Assembly: GCA_964620955.1 (NCBI GenBank)
Contig: CAZUKH010000001.1
Location: 53,481-117,480 of the forward strand
Reading direction: 5' to 3'
Origin: an uncultured Candidatus Saccharibacteria bacterium
GTDB taxonomy: Bacteria > Patescibacteriota > Dojkabacteria > J137
Length of the DNA: 64,000 bases
Below are positions 9,570 through 17,429 of this stretch, piece by piece. Every line of letters begins with the position of its first letter. Positions within the stretch are counted from its first letter, which is position 1. Made by a program: the position numbers and the translations under genes. The notes beneath the pieces are model-generated. The model worked only from the letters and a program-made list of their open reading frames with translations. It was not told where the DNA came from and made no database searches.

Positions 9570-12530
9570 TTACTGACATGCCTCGCACTGTGCTCGCTCA
9601 GCTGGATCCAGGGGACAAGCCTGACCTGGTATAAACTTGCTTTTAGCCTTAAAGTTGTGTTTCTCAACAATTTCGGTGCCCAAACTATCTTTGCGCATAA
9701 CCCCAAACCCAAATCGGCCAGTTCCGGAAACTTTAACTGTTGATTCTTCGTTAACAGGTTGGTCGCTAGAATCTACTTTTTCTTCACTAGCATTAACCGC
9801 AAATCCAAACCCTTTTATTTCCGGCTGATCTTTTGTTAACGCTGTTTGTGCTGTATGGGCATTTGTTAAAACCTCTTCGACTTCAGATTTAGATTGTAAT
9901 ACACCAAACCCTGATTTGTGAATCTTTTTTGCCTTATTAACCTTAATTGTACTCTGCTCTGCCTGATGTCTTGGTTTTACATGCAAGTAATAGGTTGTTT
10001 TTAATCCTCTTCTCCATGCGTCGGTGTAAATTTCTATCATTTCTTCAATATCACGAGTTTCAAGATACATGTTTCTGCTTAATGATTGATCAATCCACTT
10101 TTGCGCCCTTGAGGCTACTTCTATGTATGCATAAGGTGAAATTTGGAATGAGGTTTTATATATTTTCTTAATTTCATCCGGTATTAATTCTATATTTTGA
10201 ATATCACCATAGTTTTCTAAAACTTCATCTTTTACTTCATCCCAAATGCCTATCCTTAATAAATCTTTAACAAGATTTTGATTGATATCTAAAAATTTTC
10301 CATTTGAAGTTTGCCTGCTAAAAACCTGTGCAAAACGAGGATCTATTCCTGGTGATGTTCCAAGTACAAGCCCTGTAGATGCATTAGGGGCTATTGCCAT
10401 AGTTGTTGCGTTCCTAATACCCTTTTTTACCCTTTCTCTTAACTTATCCCAATTTAAACTTGCATTTCTATTTTGCTGCAATTTGATTCCTTTGCCTGGC
10501 TGTAAAAAATTTATTTGTTGTTCATCCGATGTTGTTACATTTGTATTTATGGAAGGCTCTAATTTTTGATTTTTTTCAAGAATTTGAGCCAGCTGGCTAA
10601 ATATCTCATAAAGTTCTTTGCTTTCTTTAGTAGAAGCAGATTTTATTCCAGATTCAATTTTATCTTTTAAGCTTGTAAGCGTATTCTCCAAAATAATATT
10701 TGATTGCTGATTTGAAGTTAAAAAAGAATTTTCCACATTTATCAACCTGTCTTTGTCAATTTTTTCAATTGTATCAAAAGGTACAAAACCTTTTGACCAT
10801 AAGGATCCTTCAAAGTTTTCATAAGAACCTCTTTCTTCTGCGAGATTACAACTTTCATCTATTGAAACATAGCTTATAAATTCGGTTAACTTGTCCATTA
10901 AATCAAATGCCTCTTGTGAATCATATGAGTACCCGAGGAGTTCGAGAGCTTCCGAAAATCCTGACATTCCCATTCCTACTGCTCTGTTTTTTGTGTCAGA
11001 GTTTTGGGCTTCTTTTACTGGTAACTCATTAACCTCAACCAAGTTATCTAGATGTCTCATTATTACCCTTACTGTTTCTTCAAGTGTTTCCCAATTAAAT
11101 TTGTCTTCATTTGTTTGCGAGTTAGTATTTACATGTGTTGCTAGATTTATATAAGCTAAGTTACAAACTGCAATATTATTTTCATCTTGGGGGAGTGTAA
11201 TTTCCGTACACAAATTGGAGCAGTGAATTGTGCCAGTATTATTGTTAAGCGCTCTAAGGTTAATGTTATCTTTCCATGTTAGCCACGGGTGAGATGTGCT
11301 TTGCAGCGAAGTAAGTATTTGTTTCATTTGCTCACTTGCTGGTACTACTTTAAACATTTTTAACTTTCCTTCTTTTGCCATTTGCACATACTCATTATAC
11401 TTTTTACTAAAAGAAGATCCATAAAGTTCGGCGAGCTCGGGAGTTTCATCGGGGTTAAACATGTACCAGTCTTCATGATTCACAACTCTCTTCATAAACT
11501 CATCAGAAATATATACAGCTGTATCTGCCGTTCTTATACGCCTGTAATCATCACCAGCATTTTGTTTTAAATCTAAAAACTCAGGAAAGTTTATATGCCA
11601 GTTTTCCATGTAAATACACATTGCTCCATACTTTTTACCGGCTCGTGACATAGATTTTAAAGCAGCATCCATTACTTTAATAAAGGGTATAGGACCAGTA
11701 GACAAAGTGTTATTTGACCTAACTGGTGAACCTGCTGCACGTAGTTTGGTAACAGATATTCCAATACCGCCAGTCGCTTTCGAAATTAAAGCAATGTTTT
11801 TTATATTGTCGTAAATTGAGTTTATATCGTCTTGTGTTTCCATCAAATAACAATTGCTCAAAACAGAACATGTTGTTCCTGCGCCAATATTTGTTGACCC
11901 ACCTGGAATATACTGTTTATTAGATAATTTTTTATAAAAAGTTTTAGCTCTTTCCGTTGGATCATCTTCTTTAAACGAAAGCCCCATTGCTATTCTCATC
12001 CACAAGTATTGAGGAGTTTCCATGAGCTTTTGGTTTCTATCTCTTATTGCGTATCTACTCTCTAATGTTGTAAGTCCTATAAAATCAAAGTTTTCATCAT
12101 TTTCAATCTGCAAAACCTTAGAAAGCGATTCCAAGTCGAAAAGTTCCGAAAGCTTTGGATTTAAAAGCTTTAGCTCTATGCCTTCGTTAATATATTTTTT
12201 AAAATTATCAGTATAAAGTTTTTCGAAAGTCGGAAAGTTAAGATCATTTCCAAAGATTTCTTTATACATTTTTGTAAGCAAAATCCTGGTTGCTAACTTA
12301 TCAAATTCAATATCATTTTGAATATTTTGAGTGCTCACAAGCACAGCAGAGTCCAAAAGGTCTTTAATATTCATTTCTTCAAACACTGTTAAACTAACTT
12401 CTTCGGCTACTGTTAAAATTTTATCTTCAATATCTTCAAACCCGTCGCAATGCTCACCGATAAAAGCCTTAAAAACTTCAGTGTTAAATGGTAAAAGACC
12501 TTCAAGATTTCGAAGCATTTCAATTTTCAT
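9570..12530 (-). CDS. nrdA: Ribonucleotide reductase alpha subunit (class I)
   Basis: SNCYL, SNLCTEI, AVCNL, AIAPNAS, LKTTYYL and C-terminal CEAC motifs; degenerate N-terminal ATP cone. Confidence 0.97.
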   Translation of the reverse strand: MKIEMLRNLEGLLPFNTEVFKAFIGEHCDGFEDIEDKILTVAEEVSLTVFEEMNIKDLLDSAVLVSTQNIQNDIEFDKLATRILLTKMYKEIFGNDLNFPTFEKLYTDNFKKYINEGIELKLLNPKLSELFDLESLSKVLQIENDENFDFIGLTTLESRYAIRDRNQKLMETPQYLWMRIAMGLSFKEDDPTERAKTFYKKLSNKQYIPGGSTNIGAGTTCSVLSNCYLMETQDDINSIYDNIKNIALISKATGGIGISVTKLRAAGSPVRSNNTLSTGPIPFIKVMDAALKSMSRAGKKYGAMCIYMENWHINFPEFLDLKQNAGDDYRRIRTADTAVYISDEFMKRVVNHEDWYMFNPDETPELAELYGSSFSKKYNEYVQMAKEGKLKMFKVVPASEQMKQILTSLQSTSHPWLTWKDNINLRALNNNTGTIHCSNLCTEITLPQDENNIAVCNLAYINLATHVNTNSQTNEDKFNWETLEETVRVIMRHLDNLVEVNELPVKEAQNSDTKNRAVGMGMSGFSEALELLGYSYDSQEAFDLMDKLTEFISYVSIDESCNLAEERGSYENFEGSLWSKGFVPFDTIEKIDKDRLINVENSFLTSNQQSNIILENTLTSLKDKIESGIKSASTKESKELYEIFSQLAQILEKNQKLEPSINTNVTTSDEQQINFLQPGKGIKLQQNRNASLNWDKLRERVKKGIRNATTMAIAPNASTGLVLGTSPGIDPRFAQVFSRQTSNGKFLDINQNLVKDLLRIGIWDEVKDEVLENYGDIQNIELIPDEIKKIYKTSFQISPYAYIEVASRAQKWIDQSLSRNMYLETRDIEEMIEIYTDAWRRGLKTTYYLHVKPRHQAEQSTIKVNKAKKIHKSGFGVLQSKSEVEEVLTNAHTAQTALTKDQPEIKGFGFAVNASEEKVDSSDQPVNEESTVKVSGTGRFGFGVMRKDSLGTEIVEKHNFKAKSKFIPGQACPLDPAERAQCEACQ

Positions 12531-12563
12531 TTTTTTAAATTAACCAATAAAAATTTAGACCAA

Positions 12564-12610
12564 CCACTACATGTTGTATGGTATGACTAGATTAAACACA
12601 AAATATTGTG
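12564..12610 (-). promoter_or_regulatory. Tandem NrdR boxes upstream of nrdA
   Basis: CCACTACATGTTGTA (12564-12578) and ACACAAAATATTGTG (12596-12610) match acaCwAtATaTwGtg, 32 bp apart. Confidence 0.88.
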
Positions 12611-12617
12611 GTGTCAA
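12589..12617 (-). promoter_or_regulatory. Sigma70 promoter of nrdA
   Basis: TTGACA-17 nt-TAATCT on the minus strand; the second NrdR box lies in the spacer. Confidence 0.7.
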
Positions 12618-12645
12618 ACCCATCCGTGAAACACAAGAACCCGTG

Positions 12646-12767
12646 AAAATATTTCCAGCAAAGGCTATTGCGCAATTCATTCAACTTAGCTATGTTTATG
12701 CCGTTTAACCGAATTAACTGAGCTAAGAATATTATGCGAAGCTTAAAATTGTGGAAAAGATTTTTTT
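12646..12767. ncRNA. Candidate long irregular hairpin RNA
   Basis: Nested pairs TTTCCA/TGGAAA, AGGCT/AGCTT, CGCA/TGCG, CTTAGCT/AGCTAAG; followed by T7 on the plus strand. Confidence 0.35.
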
Positions 12768-12833
12768 GGTGGAGCCCGCAGGAGTCGAACCTGCTTCCGA
12801 AGAAAGTCTCACCTATACTGAGACCAAGGCCCC
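12767..12833 (-). ncRNA. Anticodon-less tRNA-Ala-like RNA (67 nt)
   Basis: GGGGCCT TG GTCTC AGTATAGGT GAGAC T TTC TTCG GAA GCAGG TTCGACT CCTGC GGGCTCC A CCA. Shows a 7-bp acceptor stem with G3-U70, A73, CCA, a D-like arm with GG and a canonical T-arm; no anticodon arm. Confidence 0.8.
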
Positions 12834-12976
12834 CAATTAAATCGCTAACTATTGCAATGTACTGAGTGTAATTGTAGTAGAATTGGCCTATAAAAACAAT
12901 ACCTAGTCTTCTTTAATGGCAAGTTACTGAAAAGTAGTTGAAAAAGATGGTAAGATATTGATAAATTTTAAGGGTC

Positions 12977-13687
12977 TTAAACTCTCTCAAGCTTACCTGC
13001 TATAGACCCAAAATAAAAAACTATTCCAAAGTTCAAAAGGTTTTCTTTAACAAATTCTTTTAATCCTTCGTTTCCTTTTTCTAATTCAATTCTTGTTGCT
13101 TGATTAAGCAAAATATCTGGCACCAATTTTGAGCTACTAGTTTTACAAGCTAACCATACATAATTTCCTGCTATTAATCCCATAATTGGCACAGAAGAGA
13201 TAATTAATGAATTAATATCTGTTAAAGAAAAAAAAGTAAATTGTGTAACATTAGCTGAGTGGTAAAACTTAGGATGTGTATGAAACGTTGCTACAACGCC
13301 ATTAATAATGCCAGATGAAAGCTGTTCCAATGGATAAGGTTTACTAGAAAACTTTTTATCTCCAAACGTTATATCTAGCTTTACCTTTGCTGAATCAACC
13401 TGAACAGGCTTAATTTCGTAGGTACTTTTTATTCCCACTGAGCTGTAGTTACCCGAGTATACCTGGCTAATATAAACTGAATCAGCAACAAAAAGTATAG
13501 ATAATCCGTATTCCCACCCTACAGCCCCACTCTTTTTAGCAAAAAATGGTTCTTTATTTGTATAGCGAGAAAGATCTTTGAGCCTTGAAGTTATTGAAGA
13601 CTCAAGAGTTATTGATTGAGGCCAGAATGAAGAACTAGGCAAAACTCTCTCACTAAAATATTTTTGTCCAATTTCTGAAATGTTCAT
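12977..13687 (-). CDS. Putative JAB/MPN-fold metalloprotein
   Basis: Upstream Glu (WEYG) and FHTHP...FSLTD, a JAMM-like HxH...SxxD motif with a lengthened spacer. Confidence 0.6.
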   Translation of the reverse strand: MNISEIGQKYFSERVLPSSSFWPQSITLESSITSRLKDLSRYTNKEPFFAKKSGAVGWEYGLSILFVADSVYISQVYSGNYSSVGIKSTYEIKPVQVDSAKVKLDITFGDKKFSSKPYPLEQLSSGIINGVVATFHTHPKFYHSANVTQFTFFSLTDINSLIISSVPIMGLIAGNYVWLACKTSSSKLVPDILLNQATRIELEKGNEGLKEFVKENLLNFGIVFYFGSIAGKLERV

Positions 13688-13699
13688 TGGTGTTTAAAT

Positions 13700-13728
13700 T
13701 TTACATCAAACCCTAACAATACTAAAAT
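13700..13728 (+). promoter_or_regulatory. Sigma70 promoter, likely leaderless start
   Basis: TTTACA-17-TAAAAT, 6 nt before ATG 13735. Confidence 0.55.
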
Positions 13729-13734
13729 GTACAA

Positions 13735-15606
13735 ATGGACTATATTGAACCTCCAAAGCAAAAACAAGAAAACAAAGTACAAAAAGGATTTTTTACTAAG
13801 ATAAAAAGATATTTGTCGCTTTTAGGAATTGCGCTCATTCTTATTTCCGCAGTACTTATTGGAATGTTTGTTACAAATACCGATAATACTTTCCTTCCTA
13901 TAACACTTAATGGACGTGTAGTTGATATTACAAATAACCCTGTGCCTAGTGCAGTAATTTACATAGACGATGTACAAAAGACACTTACAGATTCTAACGG
14001 CTTTTTTGAAGTTTCGGGTGTTGAAGAAGGAACAAGAAAGGTTAGAGTTGAAGCTAGCGGGTTTGCCCCTGTAGAAAAACAGGAAAACATCATTAACCAG
14101 TTTTTAAGCTTTAACTACTCTATATCTATTACTTTAGAATCAGCGGTAATGGCAAGATTTTCTGGAAGCTTTATAAAACCATTTGATGATTATAAATTCC
14201 TGGGTGACACACTAACAGTTGGAGATGCGAAAGTGATTATTGACCAAAACGGCAACTTCTCATCGGAAAAGGTGTTTACAGGTAAGCAACTCTTTAACTT
14301 TAGCTCTGCAAACTTTTTAGACATTACCCAAATTATCGAAATACTACCAGGTGATAATGAAGTTACCCCAATAGAACTTACAACTGCGGGAGACATTGTA
14401 GCTAAATTTGTGACATATGTTACCGAACAAAAACCTGATAACTATAACGTTGAGGTAACAGGAGTTTCAAAAGACAAAATTTCGATTAACGAAGAAAATC
14501 AGTTAAGAATTCGCGATTTGGAAGTCGGTAGAGATTATGCAATAAGGATATCGGGCTCAAACATTGAAACTAGAGATTTTAATATATCAGTTAAACAAGG
14601 CGAAACCCAGTTATCTGACAAACCTGTTGTAGAAAATGGACTTGCATTACTTAACGTTGAATTGCCCGAATCTAAAACCCCACAGCTTGTAACTCTTGAG
14701 TTAGACGGTCTTAACATTACTTCGCTTTTAAATTCTCATACAAATTTTAATAATAATCTAGCTTTAAATTATTTCTTAAATGCTAAAGAAAATGCTGCTT
14801 ACTATACTTCTCAAAAAGAAAAAATACGTGGGAAAGGAGGTAGCCTAAGTTTAGTTTATAAAATCGATTTAGACACAAACACAGAAACTAAAGTTACAGT
14901 TCAAACGGAATCACTTGGTAGAATTAATGCAAATTTTGAGGCAGAAAAGTTAGTAAACATTGTTGACTCTGTAAGTTCTCGAGAAAATACCCGGATAGTT
15001 GAGCTACGTGATTTAAGCGGAGACAATCCTATTAGTGTCACTTCAACTGTTAATGAAATAGTTAATGTCCTTGTATCCCAAAAATCCAACTTCATTTATT
15101 GGACAGAATATATAAAAAGCAGTAACAATTATATACTTTATGGATTAAATTTAGCTAGTGGAGAAAAAACTGAAATTTCTTCAACAAGTAATACTCAGCT
15201 TTGGGATGTTTCTGACTCTGGTAACAATATTATATTTTCTGAATTGGATTCACGAGGTGAGTTTCTAAACCTTGCTACTTACAACTTTGAATTAAAATCT
15301 AAACGAAACCTTATTCAAAACATTTTAGGAAGCAATTTCCAATATTTAAATGAAAGTGAAGAAACAATTCTTTTTTCGCAAAAATCCAATGAAAGAAGCG
15401 TAATTAACAAGTTTGATTTAACAAAGAACCTTATTGAACCAGTTATTAAATTATCAAATATAGAAAAAGATGATATTTTAAGTGTTTTTCAGCAGAGTTT
15501 TTTGATTTATTACGTCACAAAAGAAGGCGTATATGCATTTGATATCGATAACCCTTTCCCTTATAAGTTAGTATTTAGCGGGAATGCTACTGCACCGATT
15601 TACTAA
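13735..15606 (+). CDS. Membrane-anchored protein with carboxypeptidase-regulatory-like domains and TolB-like propeller
   Basis: TM helix, GRVVD...PVPSAVI...TDSNGFF motif, C-terminal beta-rich repeats. Confidence 0.75.
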   Translation: MDYIEPPKQKQENKVQKGFFTKIKRYLSLLGIALILISAVLIGMFVTNTDNTFLPITLNGRVVDITNNPVPSAVIYIDDVQKTLTDSNGFFEVSGVEEGTRKVRVEASGFAPVEKQENIINQFLSFNYSISITLESAVMARFSGSFIKPFDDYKFLGDTLTVGDAKVIIDQNGNFSSEKVFTGKQLFNFSSANFLDITQIIEILPGDNEVTPIELTTAGDIVAKFVTYVTEQKPDNYNVEVTGVSKDKISINEENQLRIRDLEVGRDYAIRISGSNIETRDFNISVKQGETQLSDKPVVENGLALLNVELPESKTPQLVTLELDGLNITSLLNSHTNFNNNLALNYFLNAKENAAYYTSQKEKIRGKGGSLSLVYKIDLDTNTETKVTVQTESLGRINANFEAEKLVNIVDSVSSRENTRIVELRDLSGDNPISVTSTVNEIVNVLVSQKSNFIYWTEYIKSSNNYILYGLNLASGEKTEISSTSNTQLWDVSDSGNNIIFSELDSRGEFLNLATYNFELKSKRNLIQNILGSNFQYLNESEETILFSQKSNERSVINKFDLTKNLIEPVIKLSNIEKDDILSVFQQSFLIYYVTKEGVYAFDIDNPFPYKLVFSGNATAPIY

Positions 15607-16148
15607 AGCCGCTTTGTTTTTTCAATAACTCCACCAAAAAAGAATAATGCTATTGATAGTAAAGCTACCCAAAAAATTATTTGTTCAATTTTCCAGTAAA
15701 CTTGGGTAGAGTAATAAAAATTCACTAGTGAATACCTAAGTTTGCAAAAAATAGTATCATAATCATGAAGTAAACCAGCATACATTACAGCCTTGGAAAG
15801 AACAATATTTGCAAAATACAGTGGAAAAACAAGTCCAAAAAAAGAGTTTAAAGAAACTACAGCAGAATACCTTTTGATTTCTTTTTCGTTTTGAAGTTGT
15901 ACAGTTTTTACAATAAGCTCCATAATCAAAAGCGTTATAAGTCCTAGAACAATTATTGAATAAATCATTAATAAAAGCTTTGCCAGTTCTGATTGGGTGC
16001 TTAAAGGCGAAAGTAACCATAACGCTATTACAAAAAGCATTACTGCAACGAAGTTTTTGACTACAAGATATTTATTGCTTAACTTTTCTATTCCTTCGAC
16101 TATTTTAGAAACTCTGTGAGTAGCATTATGCTTTTTGGATTGAGACAT
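15603..16148 (-). CDS. Hypothetical multi-TM membrane protein
   Basis: 181 aa with about 4 hydrophobic helices. Confidence 0.7.
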   Translation of the reverse strand: MSQSKKHNATHRVSKIVEGIEKLSNKYLVVKNFVAVMLFVIALWLLSPLSTQSELAKLLLMIYSIIVLGLITLLIMELIVKTVQLQNEKEIKRYSAVVSLNSFFGLVFPLYFANIVLSKAVMYAGLLHDYDTIFCKLRYSLVNFYYSTQVYWKIEQIIFWVALLSIALFFFGGVIEKTKRL

Positions 16149-16232
16149 AAACTTAATAATAAATACATTAATCTACATTAATATAATCTCTCTGGCAAGT
16201 GAGTACTGATTTAGTTAATGTTAAAATGATTA

Positions 16233-17429
16233 ATGCAAATAAACGATATAAAAAAAAGATTTGAGATTTTCAAAATATATAAAGACCTTGTTTACCTTGA
16301 TAGCGCAGCAACTACACATAAGCCCATACCAGTTGTTGAAAGCATGTCACAGTTTTACAACACTTCTTACGCCACTGCTGATAGAGGTCTATATCCTTTG
16401 TCTTTAAACGCCAGCAGGATATATGAAAAAGCAAGAGAAAAAGTTGCGAATTTTATTAACGCTAAACCTGAAGAAATTATTTTTACCGCAAGCAGCACTG
16501 ATTCACTAAACCTTATACTTGCACTTTTAACACAAAATAGTTTGTTGAAACATAATGATAAGGTATTGCTAACACGTGCAGATCACTCGTCGGCAACGCT
16601 GCCTTTTCAAAACTACTGCAAAAATATTGAATTTGCTAAAGTAAATTTAGATGGGGACTACGATCTTGAATCTGTATCAAAAACTGCTTTTAAAGTAGCT
16701 TCTCTTCCATTAACTAGTAACGTCACCGGCTATAACCTAGAAGGATCAATAAGTATAAATACAAATTTCCTGATTTTAGATGCCTCACAATCTGTTGGTC
16801 ACATTAAAGTGGATGTAAAGGCTTTGGATTGCGATTTTTTGAGCTTTTCAGCTCATAAAATGTACGGTCCAATGGGAATTGGCGTGCTGTTTGTTAAAGA
16901 ATCTTTGCTCAAGAAGCTTAAACCAGTTAAGTTTGGAGGCGGGGCTATTACAAATTATAGTAATACCGACATTGAATTTGCTTCAGGTGTGAAAGCATTT
17001 GAGCCAGGTACTCCTAATATTGCTGGGGCTGTAGGGCTTGCCAGTGCTATAGATTTTATAAACTCAATTGGAATACTTAAAATACAGGCACATGAGCAAA
17101 TGCTAAAAAAATCTTTGTTAAACGAACTAAGTTATATTAATGAAATTAAAATTGTTTCAAACACAAAACAAGAAGGTTCAATAGTAACTTTTTACCATGA
17201 TAATGTTCATGCGCATGATATTGCCGACTACCTTGGTCAAAAAGAGATATGTGTTAGAGCCGGCAACCATTGTGCACATATGTTTCAAAAACAATTTGGT
17301 ATTCCCGCAACTGTTAGAGCTAGTTTTGGTTTATACAATTCTCAAGATGACATAAATTCATTTATTGAAGAACTTAAACAAGCTTTAATGCTGTTTAAAA
17401 AGCAGAAAGGTGCCAGTAACCGGTTTTAA
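16233..17429 (+). CDS. sufS: Cysteine desulfurase, SufS family
   Basis: YLDSAATT, SAHKMYGPMGIG (PLP Lys), PGTPN, RAGNHCA motifs. Confidence 0.92.
   Translation: MQINDIKKRFEIFKIYKDLVYLDSAATTHKPIPVVESMSQFYNTSYATADRGLYPLSLNASRIYEKAREKVANFINAKPEEIIFTASSTDSLNLILALLTQNSLLKHNDKVLLTRADHSSATLPFQNYCKNIEFAKVNLDGDYDLESVSKTAFKVASLPLTSNVTGYNLEGSISINTNFLILDASQSVGHIKVDVKALDCDFLSFSAHKMYGPMGIGVLFVKESLLKKLKPVKFGGGAITNYSNTDIEFASGVKAFEPGTPNIAGAVGLASAIDFINSIGILKIQAHEQMLKKSLLNELSYINEIKIVSNTKQEGSIVTFYHDNVHAHDIADYLGQKEICVRAGNHCAHMFQKQFGIPATVRASFGLYNSQDDINSFIEELKQALMLFKKQKGASNRF

Noticed and set aside
10485-10745. Intein in NrdA
   Set aside because: No C/S start, terminal HN or LAGLIDADG motifs.
12767-12805. att site (duplicated tRNA/tmRNA 3' end) of an integrated island
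   Set aside because: The matching 5' acceptor strand and D-like arm are present, and no integrase or second copy occurs in the window.
12806-12824. Reading the GTCTCA/TGAGAC arm as an anticodon arm (ATA anticodon, D-armless tRNA)
   Set aside because: Its position right after U8-G9 and the AG...GG loop fit a D-arm better. G32/G38 are atypical for an anticodon loop. Not fully excluded.
12620-12900. Standard or permuted two-piece tmRNA gene
   Set aside because: Both acceptor strands lie within 67 nt. No second GGGG 5' piece, pseudoknots or convincing tag frame was found on the same strand.
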